Assembly (NCBI GenBank): GCA_013335095.1
Contig: JAAXWF010000001.1
Coordinates: 292,268-356,267 of the forward strand
Origin: a candidate division WWE3 bacterium
GTDB taxonomy: Bacteria; Patescibacteriota; 4484-211; GCA-002791395
Direction of reading: 5' to 3'
Length of the DNA stretch: 64,000 nt
Made by a program: the position numbers and the translations under genes. Shown here one piece after another: positions 19,505-29,351 of this stretch (positions are counted from its first letter, which is position 1; each line of letters opens with the position of its first letter). The notes under the pieces are model-generated. The model saw only the letters and a list, made by a program, of their open reading frames with translations. It did no database searches and was not told where the DNA came from.

Positions 19505-20179
19505 CTACGCCACCTTCTTGCCCTTCTTGCCACCGCCCTGCTTGTGCAGGGGCTGCTCGTTCGAGGGCCCCTTGGGGTTGGGGTTGCCGACGTTGGTGCG
19601 GCCACCCGGGGCGCGGTGCTGGGCGCTGGTGGCCTGCTTGGCCTCGATCTGGTCGAGCCAGTCGGTGAACAGCGCGTAGTTGCGCTGCGCGACGGCCTCG
19701 GCGAGGCGGGTCTCGCGGGTGCGGGTGTCGATGCCCATCTTCTTGGCGCGGAGGAGCAGGAAGCCGCGGTAGGTGCGGTCCTGCTGCATCTCGCGGATGC
19801 GCTCGTCGCGCTCCGTGGCCTCGGCCTCGAAGGTGCTCTTGGCGACCGCCTGCTGGGCGGCCTTAGCCTCGAGCTGGACAGCCTGCTCGCGCTTGGCGAT
19901 CCGGGCCTTGTAGCCCTTCATGCCGTTGGCGCGCTGGCGGAGCTTCTTGGCGTCCTCGGGGCAGATGCCCACGAGGTCGAAGAAGCTCACGTCGTTCAGG
20001 CCGACCGACGTGGTGAGCTCGAACAGCTCGAACGCCGCGTCGAGCGCGGCCTGGTCGATGCTGTGGAGCCTCATGACGATCTTCGCCCGGTCGGGGTTGC
20101 CGACGTTGGGGACGATCCCGAGCTTGCTGGCGCGGCTGACGTTGCGGGCGCGGAGCTCGAGGGTGCTGTTCGTCGTCAT
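19505..20179 (-). CDS. GC-rich orphan basic helical protein (cassette 3; MTTNST)
   Basis: SD GAAAGGA before ATG at 20179; strong GC3 bias; Lys/Gly-rich tail. Confidence 0.75.
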   Translation of the reverse strand: MTTNSTLELRARNVSRASKLGIVPNVGNPDRAKIVMRLHSIDQAALDAAFELFELTTSVGLNDVSFFDLVGICPEDAKKLRQRANGMKGYKARIAKREQAVQLEAKAAQQAVAKSTFEAEATERDERIREMQQDRTYRGFLLLRAKKMGIDTRTRETRLAEAVAQRNYALFTDWLDQIEAKQATSAQHRAPGGRTNVGNPNPKGPSNEQPLHKQGGGKKGKKVA

Positions 20180-20579
20180 GGTAGGGCCGTTCCTTTCTGC
20201 GGGGGCGAGAAGCCCCCCTAGAGCCACCTGATGTGGTGGCCTCCTGGGCTAGGGACACAGCGACGCGCTGGTCCCTCCTGGGGTAAATGGTGGGTTTAAC
20301 CCCACCGGTGCGGCAAAGGTTGCCGCTCCACCCAACCGGGCGTGGGTTTCCCACGTGCCGGCCATTTATGGGTGAATAGAGGCGCCTAGGAGGGCCCCAA
20401 TAAAGGGGTAAGCACCTCTGTTCACCCATAAAAGCAGGAAAAAGGAACGAAAGGACTACCAATAAACGTAGTTCTTAAGTCGTGATGAAAATGTGCAAAG
20501 GGTATCTTATAAAAGTACCCCGTAAGCCCTGATAAGAGCTTACGTAATTATTATAGGGCATATTAGTGCCGAAAGTCAA
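20180..20579 (-). promoter_or_regulatory. sigma70 promoter plus ~360-nt multi-hairpin 5' leader
   Basis: TTGACT-18-TATAAT at 20550-20579; TATGGGTGAA/TTCACCCATA stem; GTACTTTT at 20511-20518. Confidence 0.7.
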
Positions 20580-20597
20580 GAGTTATGGGGTATAGAA

Positions 20598-20674
20598 TGG
20601 TACGCCCGGAGGGATTCGAACCCCCGATCTTCAGGACCGGAACCTGACGCTTTATCCAGCTAAGCTACGGGCGC
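20598..20674 (-). tRNA. tRNA-Arg(CCG)
   Basis: Cloverleaf; anticodon arm TCAGG-TTCCGGT-CCTGA; GTTCGAATC; encoded CCA. Confidence 0.95.
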
Positions 20675-20739
20675 ATCTATCGTTATTATAACAACACACC
20701 GATTCAATAATAGAAGAAATTGTATGTAAGAGATGGTAA

Positions 20740-21678
20740 TTACTTCTTAACTTGCCCAGAGTTGGCGATTAACTGCGCCTTCTTTGCTCGTCGGCGCCAC
20801 CAAATAAAAGCGGCTAATACAGGAGCCCAGATGATGCTATATACTACAACCCAAATAATAAACTCACCACAATCTCTAAGTGTTCCAAGCATTGATCGCA
20901 CTGCTTGTTTGAAAATAACTGCTGGACGAAAACTCTCGGTAGGAGCATACGGTAATGCCAACTCATCGGTCGAAAGATTTACCGTAACCTTTGAAAGAAG
21001 TGCCGTCTGATCTAAATATTTTTGTTGACCTTTAAGACTATCAATCTGTGTTTGCAGACTGGTAATCTCACGTTGTACTTCGACTAATTGATTTACTTCG
21101 GTTGCTTTTTGTCGAATCTCTTCATAGCGGGTGAGGGTTTGATTCATCGAATCAATTCGTGATTGGAGATCGATATACTGATCGGTAACATCCTGACCAT
21201 ATAAACTCTCATTAGTAACTTTTATCGCCAAAGAACGATAATGTTCAACAACATCTTTAAGAAATTTACTTGGTACTCGAAGCACTATTTGTGCATAGGG
21301 AGATTCTTCAGGATAGGAGAGGGTACTTGAAACCATATACCCACCAACGAGCTCTGCTTTCGCTACCATCTGTTCCTGCGTTTTAGTAACATCTTTAACT
21401 AACAACGAAAGATACGAATCTTGAACAACTTTTCTATCTGTTGTATTGGTTTGGGGTGTAGCTGTTTGACTAACCGGAAGGTACGTTGATTTGGAATTTC
21501 CTAGTGCACTTACTCCATCAAATATACTCTCTGACGCTCCATAATAATTTCCTGATGAGCTCGTGTTAATAGAATAAAGAGTAGCAGAGCCTAATAATTT
21601 ACCACCAATAAACCAAACTCCAATCGCAATTAATGCCGTCTCGGCTTTGTGGTTTTTGACCCATTCAATTGCATTCAT
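20740..21678 (-). CDS. DUF4349-family protein
   Basis: LRVPS, GQDVTDQYIDLQSR coiled coil, C-terminal TM helix. Confidence 0.8.
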   Translation of the reverse strand: MNAIEWVKNHKAETALIAIGVWFIGGKLLGSATLYSINTSSSGNYYGASESIFDGVSALGNSKSTYLPVSQTATPQTNTTDRKVVQDSYLSLLVKDVTKTQEQMVAKAELVGGYMVSSTLSYPEESPYAQIVLRVPSKFLKDVVEHYRSLAIKVTNESLYGQDVTDQYIDLQSRIDSMNQTLTRYEEIRQKATEVNQLVEVQREITSLQTQIDSLKGQQKYLDQTALLSKVTVNLSTDELALPYAPTESFRPAVIFKQAVRSMLGTLRDCGEFIIWVVVYSIIWAPVLAAFIWWRRRAKKAQLIANSGQVKK

Positions 21679-21753
21679 ATTTCTAAAGATAAACTCCAAT
21701 TATTAAAAACACAATAGAGTTGGGAAGACCATTTTGGTGGCCTTCCCTATTTT

Positions 21754-23148
21754 TTAGACTCTTAGCCCTAGCTCTGCGATCCAGTGCTCGGTGATTGCCC
21801 GGGTTCGTTCTACCGCCTGACCCAAGTAGTGTGTGGGGTCGTCAAAAAGCTGAAGCTCGGCCGGTTGGAACTGCCGCAAATACGGCTCGAGCGATGTGGT
21901 CTTTTGCGCAACCATGAGCAGTGTCTCGTTTGGAACAAGCGAACGACGCATCTCGTTGGTTACGAGTCTAACCGCCTCATGTGCATCTGGATGGCCGTAT
22001 TTGGCCAGCAGAATGTATAGCGGTTCGGCCATGGTTAAATCGGCCATGAACGAAACGTTGGCGCTCATTTGGCGTCGGTTTACCGCCAACTTTCGCATCG
22101 CCCGGTTCAGTCGAGTAATCATATTCGCCAGATATGCGACGATCTCGACCATTGTTCGGCCCGACGCCGATCCGGTTAAATCCCGCTGATGCTCGCTGAT
22201 CTGGTCAAGCATCACCGTGACCATTCTTCCTACAAGTACCTTCCATTGGCTCTCGATCTGCTCGAACGTGATCGGGTTCTTTTTGTGCGGCATGGTCGAT
22301 GATCCGACGTCCGCTCGACCCTGAACTTCTCCGACCTCATTGATTTCGGTGCGTTGCAGATGCCTCATATCGCGGGCAATATTGGCCAGGATTCCTCCGG
22401 TAAATGCCAACTCATTCATCAACCGCATCATCGGCTCGGGGGGAGCGATCTGGGTTGAATGAATGTCGCTCGAAAGACCAAGAGCCGACATTACCACCTG
22501 CTCATGGGCGAATCCATCGTCCACAACGAGCTGCATCGCGTTGTACGAACCAACCGCTCCGGAAAACTTACCGACCAATTGTCCGGTAAGCGTCGTGAGC
22601 ATGTTGATCGAATTGCCGAGTCGGTTGATGTATCCACATACGGTGAACCCGAATGTGACCGGTACGGCATGCTGACCATGGGTTCGGCCGATCTGGATGG
22701 TGAGCGCCTCGTTTTTAGCGATAGCGACGAGCGTCTCCAGCAGATCAATAAGCCGAGGGATAATCACATCATCCATCACTTCGGTCATGCGCAGCGCATT
22801 GGCCGTATCGATAATGTCGTATGACGTTGCCCCGAGATGGACGTACTGCCGCATATCTGGGGGGAGTAGCGACGTGAATACATTCACCAGTGCCCGGATG
22901 TCGTGATGGATTCGATCCTCTTCGGCATACACCGCTTCGGTCGTAACCTTTTGGCTTGCCTCAAGTGCCGCCTGGCATACCTCATCGGTGCAGACCCCGG
23001 CATCGCATAATGCGCTTAAGTGAGCAAGTTCGACACGTAGCAGATATCCCGTGAATGCTTCTGCACTAAGTCTCTTTGCGACCTCGCTATCATAGTAGCG
23101 ATAATCGAGCGGCGATATGGCATCAAATCTTCCCGATCTCTGAGTCAT
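21754..23148 (-). CDS. purB: Adenylosuccinate lyase
   Basis: ISPLDYRY, HLGATSYDI, GRTHGQHA, GSSTMPHKKNP. Confidence 0.92.
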   Translation of the reverse strand: MTQRSGRFDAISPLDYRYYDSEVAKRLSAEAFTGYLLRVELAHLSALCDAGVCTDEVCQAALEASQKVTTEAVYAEEDRIHHDIRALVNVFTSLLPPDMRQYVHLGATSYDIIDTANALRMTEVMDDVIIPRLIDLLETLVAIAKNEALTIQIGRTHGQHAVPVTFGFTVCGYINRLGNSINMLTTLTGQLVGKFSGAVGSYNAMQLVVDDGFAHEQVVMSALGLSSDIHSTQIAPPEPMMRLMNELAFTGGILANIARDMRHLQRTEINEVGEVQGRADVGSSTMPHKKNPITFEQIESQWKVLVGRMVTVMLDQISEHQRDLTGSASGRTMVEIVAYLANMITRLNRAMRKLAVNRRQMSANVSFMADLTMAEPLYILLAKYGHPDAHEAVRLVTNEMRRSLVPNETLLMVAQKTTSLEPYLRQFQPAELQLFDDPTHYLGQAVERTRAITEHWIAELGLRV

Positions 23149-23217
23149 CGGACTCTCCTTTACTAAGGGTGCGAACTGACGAAAACAAAGCTATTGTACA
23201 CCGGGTATAATACACAT

Positions 23218-23760
23218 ATGTCCGGACATTCAAAATGGCACAAAGTAAAAAATGAGAAGGCGCTTAAAGACCCCAAAAAGAGTAAGAATTTTACCCGACT
23301 AAGTAAGCAGATACAAATTGCAGCCCGTCAGGGCGGCCCAGATCCGTCATCAAACCCAACACTTCGTAAAGCGATGGAAGATGCAAAAGCAAGTAATTTA
23401 CCAAAAGAAAATATTCAACGAGCCATTAATAAAGGAGCCGGAATCGGTGATGAAGGTCGACTCGAAAGCGTATCGCTTGAAGGGTACGGACCAGGTGGTG
23501 TTGCAATTATGGTAAGTGGTGAAACTGATAACCGAAATCGAACAATAGCCGAAGTCCGGGCACTATTTAAAGAGTATGGCGGAAGTTTAGGAGAACCAGG
23601 TTCAGCAGCATACGTGTTTGGTGCGGATCCGCATAATCCAACGTTCAAAACGCCCGTCGAGGATGAACATTCTCTAGGCCAGCTCGCATCACTAATCGAA
23701 GAATTAGAGAATCATGACGACGTCATGACCGTATTTCATAATCTCCAGGAAGAAGAATAA
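23218..23760 (+). CDS. YebC/PmpR-family protein (short form)
   Basis: MSGHSKW, EGYGPGGVA, TDNRNRT, HDDVMTVFHN. Confidence 0.9.
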   Translation: MSGHSKWHKVKNEKALKDPKKSKNFTRLSKQIQIAARQGGPDPSSNPTLRKAMEDAKASNLPKENIQRAINKGAGIGDEGRLESVSLEGYGPGGVAIMVSGETDNRNRTIAEVRALFKEYGGSLGEPGSAAYVFGADPHNPTFKTPVEDEHSLGQLASLIEELENHDDVMTVFHNLQEEE

Positions 23761-23795
23761 AAAAGGTGAGCATCGATTAGACACTCACCGTTATA

Positions 23796-24341
23796 TTATT
23801 TTGTAAAAATCTCACTGTTTGTTGTGGTTGATCGGCCGCGATATATGGTTCGTTCGGTATCATTTCCGAATATGACGAACTGGTTTTCGGCCGCATCGTA
23901 GGGATCGAGCCCTACCAAGCCAATATTCCCAAGAGGCATTCCGGCGGGAACGACAAATGCGACGTTCAGATACTCCGCAGACCGTTCACCTCCCACATAA
24001 TAAATGTCGACGATGACGAGTTCTGTTCCTTTTTCGCTATTAAACACTGAACGCCGTTCGTTTCGCCCTTCGAATTTAGGACGACTCGGGCGCTGGGGTT
24101 TAGTAACCTCCGGCGTTATCTCGGCCGGTTGATCTATCCGATGTACTATGTCCGTCGCTTCATCCGCCTCTGATCCTTTTTGTCGTGTCGCTCGATGAAA
24201 TAGTATTCTGAACAGAATCATTCCGACAGCGAGCAGCAGATCAAAGAGATAACCGAATATGGTTATCAAGCCAGCTAGTAGTCCCAATGCGACTGCCATA
24301 GCAAACAGTACCTCCCATACACCAAACTGGTGTCCAGACAT
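23796..24341 (-). CDS. Orphan membrane protein (SD-led)
   Basis: N-terminal hydrophobic helices; GAAAGGA upstream; hairpin 23765-23790. Confidence 0.6.
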   Translation of the reverse strand: MSGHQFGVWEVLFAMAVALGLLAGLITIFGYLFDLLLAVGMILFRILFHRATRQKGSEADEATDIVHRIDQPAEITPEVTKPQRPSRPKFEGRNERRSVFNSEKGTELVIVDIYYVGGERSAEYLNVAFVVPAGMPLGNIGLVGLDPYDAAENQFVIFGNDTERTIYRGRSTTTNSEIFTK

Positions 24342-24418
24342 CTTGCATCCATCCTTTCCAGTAAAGCTAGGGTGTAAAAAGTAGTATAGCTGATCGCGTC
24401 GAGGTGTAAAATGAGTGT

Positions 24419-24655
24419 ATGACGGTAAACGATGTGTACGAAAAATATCCAGATAATAAATGGGTTCTTTTACGGGTAATAAAAGAAAATCAAGAAACTC
24501 ATGAAATAGAAGAGGTCGAACCGTTATTTGTTAGTGATAGCCGTGACGAAATGTATGAGAAGATAAACAATTTGCCCGAAGGCGATCATGTGATGACCTT
24601 GTTTACCGGTCCTATTCTAAAGGAAGGGGAAGCGTTCGCGTTTTCTTTTGTATGA
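24419..24655 (+). CDS. Small acidic protein (DUF5678-like) paired with aspartyl protease
   Basis: EKYPDNKWVL motif; ATGA overlap with next gene. Confidence 0.55.
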   Translation: MTVNDVYEKYPDNKWVLLRVIKENQETHEIEEVEPLFVSDSRDEMYEKINNLPEGDHVMTLFTGPILKEGEAFAFSFV

Positions 24656-25074
24656 GCGAAAAGGAATCACTTCGATTTGATCCGAGCGCTGGGATTATCT
24701 TAATCGATGCAGATTTACACGGACGTGTGATTGAGCGGTCTCGCCTCGTTTTTGATACTGGGGCAACGTACTGCATGCTTCCGTGGAAGTTGGTTACGGC
24801 CCTTGGTATTGAAATCAACCAGAACAATACTATTCAAACAACTACTGCTTCGACTATCGAAACTTCGCCGATTATAACTATTCCGATAATGACCGTACTC
24901 GGATTTTCAGTAAAGAATGTTAGTTGTATTGTGCGAGATTTGCCATCAGTCAGTGGTGTCGATGGTTTACTGGGGCTTAGTTTTTTGAAGCACTTTAAGA
25001 TGAAGGTCGACTTTGCCAAAGGAGAGCTTGAACTGTCCCGGTCTCGCCGTGTTTTTCCTAAAATAATACTCTAG
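24652..25074 (+). CDS. Retropepsin-like (clan AA) aspartic protease
   Basis: VFDTGAT and DGLLGLSFL motifs. Confidence 0.88.
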   Translation: MSEKESLRFDPSAGIILIDADLHGRVIERSRLVFDTGATYCMLPWKLVTALGIEINQNNTIQTTTASTIETSPIITIPIMTVLGFSVKNVSCIVRDLPSVSGVDGLLGLSFLKHFKMKVDFAKGELELSRSRRVFPKIIL

Positions 25075-25161
25075 ATTCTGGACTCTTGCTGTTTATCCTT
25101 ACCTTTGTTACCATCTTTTAGTCTGTTTTTCGCTTCGGGATACCTTTGTGGAGGTGAGTCT

Positions 25162-25551
25162 ATGTCTCCGTTAGTTCGGACCGGCAGTTTCGCTCTGGTC
25201 GTGGAGCCTGGTGATTCAGGCGTTGTATTCCGTGTGTACGAGTTTGTAACAGCATCTGGAGATTCTCTGGATTCAACGGTGCCGCCGGTTACTCATGTTA
25301 TAGCCATGTGTGATCATGCCGAGGCGCGGGCTTTTGCCCGGGGTTGTACCGTCGACGAGTCTAGGCCTATCGTGGTGGGGGATATCGTAATCTCCCTAGA
25401 AGAGCCCGTCGATATGATGGGTTCGGGTAAATGGGGATTTGCCCATGTCGTCGTCAAAAAAGGGGACCGGGTGTTTCCATTTAATTATCAGGAAGCATAC
25501 AGGTTACAGGCAATGCGCTCGCAGGTTTTGGCGATCTGTGGTCGTGGGTAA
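25162..25551 (+). CDS. Orphan protein (SD-led)
   Basis: GGAGGTGA before ATG at 25162; terminator 25591-25619. Confidence 0.6.
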   Translation: MSPLVRTGSFALVVEPGDSGVVFRVYEFVTASGDSLDSTVPPVTHVIAMCDHAEARAFARGCTVDESRPIVVGDIVISLEEPVDMMGSGKWGFAHVVVKKGDRVFPFNYQEAYRLQAMRSQVLAICGRG

Positions 25552-25617
25552 TATTTGATAGTCCACAAATTGTGGCTATACACAACTTTGCGGCGTGTAG
25601 AAATATACGCCGCTTTT

Positions 25618-26868
25618 TTAGCGAAGCATTTGACTTGCTTTTTTCAATGAATCAATTAATTGATCTATTTCGGTCGTTGTGTTGTATACCGCGAGGCTGA
25701 CACGAACGGTCGTTGAGGTTTTAAACACCTCTTTATGCAAGGGAATGGTGCAATGATGGCCACTGCGAACCATAACATTGTCGTCATCGAGATAGTTGCC
25801 GATATCTTCTGCCGCAATATTATCGATGTAAAAGCTCACAATGCCAAGCCGGTTTAATCTTTCTCGTTCGTGTTGTACCTCTGTTTGTCCAATTATGTGT
25901 AATCCTTCAATAGCGCTTTTTTGCAATTCTTCGAGTACATATTTGGTTAACTCAATCTCATGGGACATTATGTGCTCGATTTTTTGGTGATTAATGAAAT
26001 CAATCGCAGCGTATAAGCCAACCGCCCCGGCGACGTTTGGTGTTCCTGCTTCAAGCATTGACGGTATGCGGCGAGTTTTAATTTCTTCTTCCTCGATATC
26101 GTTAATCATTCCACCACCCCATAGAAGCGGGGTGAACTGGTTGAGTAGTTCGCTTTTTCCATAGAGCACGCCTATCCCCATCGGGCCGTACATTTTATGG
26201 CCAGAAAAGAATAGGAAGTCACAATTAAGATGATCAATGTTTACTGGGATATGGCCTACGGCTTGTGATGCATCGACTGCAATCAGCGCATCAGGGCGAT
26301 ATTTTTTTGTTACTTCAGCGATCTTTCGAATCGGGTTAATTGTTCCTAAAACGTTTGAGACATAGGTAATGGATACAAATTTAACCGGAAAAACTGTAAC
26401 GATTTCGATCAGCGAATTGATGTCGAGGGTTCCATCTGGTCTTAATTGAATGTATTCCACTCGAGCACCAGTTTGTTTTGCGACATCTAACCAAGGCAGT
26501 AAATTACTGTGATGCTCTCCTTGAGTTAGCACAATCACATCGTCCGGTTGTAAAAAATGCTGTGCATATCCGTACACGATTAAATTGGCTGATTCAGTCG
26601 CATTATGAGTAAACACGACTTCCGATGAATTTTCGGCGTGGATAAACTTTGCTACGGCTTCTCGCGCCTGTTCGTACATGGCTGTTGATTCTCGGGTTAA
26701 TCGATGATTTCCGCGTCCGACGTTGCCGTTGTGATTTCGATAGTAATCCGTCATTGCAGATAGTACTGATTCGGGTTTTGGGCTGGTACTGGCATTATCA
26801 AGATAAACCGGAGTAGGGGAATTATCTAAGAAACGGAATTGTTCTCGAACCGATTGTGTATCAAGCAT
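25618..26868 (-). CDS. sufS: SufS-type cysteine desulfurase
   Basis: YLDNASTS, EHHSN, FSGHKMYGP, EAGTPN, RSGHHC. Confidence 0.92.
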   Translation of the reverse strand: MLDTQSVREQFRFLDNSPTPVYLDNASTSPKPESVLSAMTDYYRNHNGNVGRGNHRLTRESTAMYEQAREAVAKFIHAENSSEVVFTHNATESANLIVYGYAQHFLQPDDVIVLTQGEHHSNLLPWLDVAKQTGARVEYIQLRPDGTLDINSLIEIVTVFPVKFVSITYVSNVLGTINPIRKIAEVTKKYRPDALIAVDASQAVGHIPVNIDHLNCDFLFFSGHKMYGPMGIGVLYGKSELLNQFTPLLWGGGMINDIEEEEIKTRRIPSMLEAGTPNVAGAVGLYAAIDFINHQKIEHIMSHEIELTKYVLEELQKSAIEGLHIIGQTEVQHERERLNRLGIVSFYIDNIAAEDIGNYLDDDNVMVRSGHHCTIPLHKEVFKTSTTVRVSLAVYNTTTEIDQLIDSLKKASQMLR

Positions 26869-26874
26869 AGGTAT

Positions 26875-27438
26875 TTATTCGGCAACCGCATGCTCAGACT
26901 TGGCTTGTTTTTCCATTAACTCATCAAGCTCTTCTGTTGATAAGAGTTTTGATTCTAATTTATCGATAAAGAGTACGCCGTCTAAATGATCAATCTCGTG
27001 TTGTAGTAGTCGTGCATAAAAGTCTGCAGCTTTTATCTCGATAGCCTTTCCGTCACGATCGAGTGCTTTTAGTTTAACCGATGTCGATCGGCGAACTAAT
27101 CCCCATTGGTCAGGCGAACCTTCTTCGTTAACAAAACTTAGACACCCTTCCCAATCTAAGTCCGTTTGCTTTGATGCTTCAATGATTTCGGGATTTATTA
27201 AGATTTGTTTTAAGAAAACATCGTCGCTAACCTCTACGTTTATCGCTATAAATCTTTTAATTATGCCGATCTGATTAGCCGCAAGTCCTGCCCCCATCGG
27301 GTATTCATTCTCGAGTGTTTCCATCATATCGTCGAACATTTTTTGTAATGTAGGGTCGGCGAGTTCTGATTTTGTTAGTTTTACCGCCTTTTGACGTAAC
27401 GTCTCGAACGGAAATTGTTTGATGGGTAATAATGCCAT
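26875..27438 (-). CDS. def: Peptide deformylase
   Basis: GAGLAANQIG, EGCLS, QHEIDHLDG. Confidence 0.96.
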   Translation of the reverse strand: MALLPIKQFPFETLRQKAVKLTKSELADPTLQKMFDDMMETLENEYPMGAGLAANQIGIIKRFIAINVEVSDDVFLKQILINPEIIEASKQTDLDWEGCLSFVNEEGSPDQWGLVRRSTSVKLKALDRDGKAIEIKAADFYARLLQHEIDHLDGVLFIDKLESKLLSTEELDELMEKQAKSEHAVAE

Positions 27439-27603
27439 GTCGTAATTATACATAACATTTGTTATTTATGGCGATAGGATAGGGGATGTAGGGCGATTTG
27501 ATCTCGTTTATAAAAACTGTGCGGGAAATATGCGGGAATTAAGTAAGAAATGACCGGAAACTTTATAAAGCTTCCGGTCTTAACTATTGTCAACCTCAAC
27601 ATC

Positions 27604-28254
27604 TTATTGGACCGCGGCAAATGTTCCTCGGGGAACATCGTCCTGTAGCTGAATTGAGAGAATCAGCTGCGGCGGCTGGTTAATAGACGAAACCATCACC
27701 CCATTAATCAACCAGCTTCGTGTGATCATTCGACTATTAGCATCAAGAATGCGAAGCTCCAGCGCTTGTCCCTGCTCCAGCTTATACAGTTCGCTTTTGG
27801 CATCAAATGCTGGCGTTAAGACATCCGCTCGCTGGATCCCGACCTGGTACTTTGAGACACCCCCCCGAAGTCCACTGACCGATTTTACTAGCATCAACCA
27901 TTCAGGATTTTGTCCCTGATGGTTTTCGTACAGACGCCGAAGCGTGCCTTCCATTTGGAAGTACCTGATGGTTGCACCGCTTTGGTCGTCCCTATATACG
28001 ACTATTGGAATTTCGGTCGGAAAAGCCTGTGTTGCCGATGTCGGTTCCAAGGCCTGGGCATTGCCGAAATTAATTTCGACCTCCCGCGAAGTCGTTTGCT
28101 GATATTCATACCGAAATCCTATGTTTGCGCATAGTTGCTGGGCACCTACAATCAAGATCGCGAGTAGCGCAATTAGATATGGACCGAGCGTGACCCAATC
28201 AGTCCTGCGATACCAAGGCGTGTCATTGGGCAGTTCCCCGTCGTGTGTGTGCAT
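27604..28254 (-). CDS. Orphan single-TM protein (SD-led)
   Basis: AGGAGGG before ATG; TM helix near aa 21-40; hairpin 27552-27579. Confidence 0.65.
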   Translation of the reverse strand: MHTHDGELPNDTPWYRRTDWVTLGPYLIALLAILIVGAQQLCANIGFRYEYQQTTSREVEINFGNAQALEPTSATQAFPTEIPIVVYRDDQSGATIRYFQMEGTLRRLYENHQGQNPEWLMLVKSVSGLRGGVSKYQVGIQRADVLTPAFDAKSELYKLEQGQALELRILDANSRMITRSWLINGVMVSSINQPPQLILSIQLQDDVPRGTFAAVQ

Positions 28255-28793
28255 CGCACCCTCCTGTGCTCATTGTTCCCATTTACACTATCGGACCTCG
28301 TTTACCACTGTCTTGATTATATCTGTCCAATTCTACTAACTTATATTTAAATTTAAGCTTAGTTTTTTAGTTATTGTGTTTTACTGCTGAGTCGGTGTTT
28401 CTGTTTCTATCCCATCCATAGGCTAGGGTTAATAAAGTTTAGTGAATGAGAATAATTATCACTTAATTATCAAATAGTGCCAGTGAGTAAAAAGATTACC
28501 CTTAATATTGGTGCGGGTTGCGATTGAGTTAATAACGAAGATGTTGATTTAACTTTGTCATGTAGGACGTTTTAGCTTTTTTCGAGTACTATTATTTATC
28601 TATGTGTCTATTTTTGTTCTTCAAAAAGCAACCTAGTGAATGTTGTGCTACGTTTTTCAAAATGAGAATTGTACTATGAGTAATATTATGGGCGGCAGAT
28701 CTGTATGCAGAAAAAGTCGTTGAACTATTGGATATGAGAAAGGCCGGGCCCCCTTTCTCGGGAACCCGGCCGTGCTTGTGCAGAAAATTACCT

Positions 28794-29351
28794 TTACGGA
28801 TAGTAGGCCATGTAAACTACGAGTTTGCCGGAGTCACCCGCGCTAAAATCAGCGTAGGTGAGAATCCGGTCGAACGAATCAGGCGGGGTAGTCGTGATGG
28901 CGCCTGCCATCAGATACCCCGTGAACTTGAAGCCACTCCCATTGGGGCCGCTGCCGACGCCGATGAACATGGCGTCGCCGTTGGCGATGAAGAGAGGCGT
29001 GTGGCCGTCGATCGTCTGGTCGACGATGGTTCCGTCACGGTGGATGGTGACCTTGACGTAGGTCACCTCATCGCCGATGGTCCCATTGTCTGAGAAGGTC
29101 GACTTGACCCGCAGGGCGGGGTGTCGATCAAACGCCCCGGTGTCGGTCACGTTGACCGGCAGCTCCAGCTCGCGCTGGATCTCATCGAGGAGGATGTAGC
29201 TGAGCCCGGGAGCCGCGTAGACGGTTTTGAAGTTGTACGCCGGGATCGTTCCCAGCTCGGGCTTCTTGACCTGGCCGGTGTTACCGCCACAGGCCGACAG
29301 GATCCCGAGGGCGACCAAGCTGGCCAGCGCGATCAGGATTTTGCGAAGCAT
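28794..29351 (-). CDS. GC-rich orphan lipoprotein
   Basis: Lipobox LSAC; SD GAGGAG; ~180-nt structured leader; terminator 28741-28772. Confidence 0.7.
   Translation of the reverse strand: MLRKILIALASLVALGILSACGGNTGQVKKPELGTIPAYNFKTVYAAPGLSYILLDEIQRELELPVNVTDTGAFDRHPALRVKSTFSDNGTIGDEVTYVKVTIHRDGTIVDQTIDGHTPLFIANGDAMFIGVGSGPNGSGFKFTGYLMAGAITTTPPDSFDRILTYADFSAGDSGKLVVYMAYYP

Noticed and set aside
18412-20462. Long overlapping or antisense ORFs (e.g. 18412-18915, 19544-20221, 19863-20462)
   Set aside because: Shadows of high-GC3 genes; no SD or promoter, and low-complexity translations
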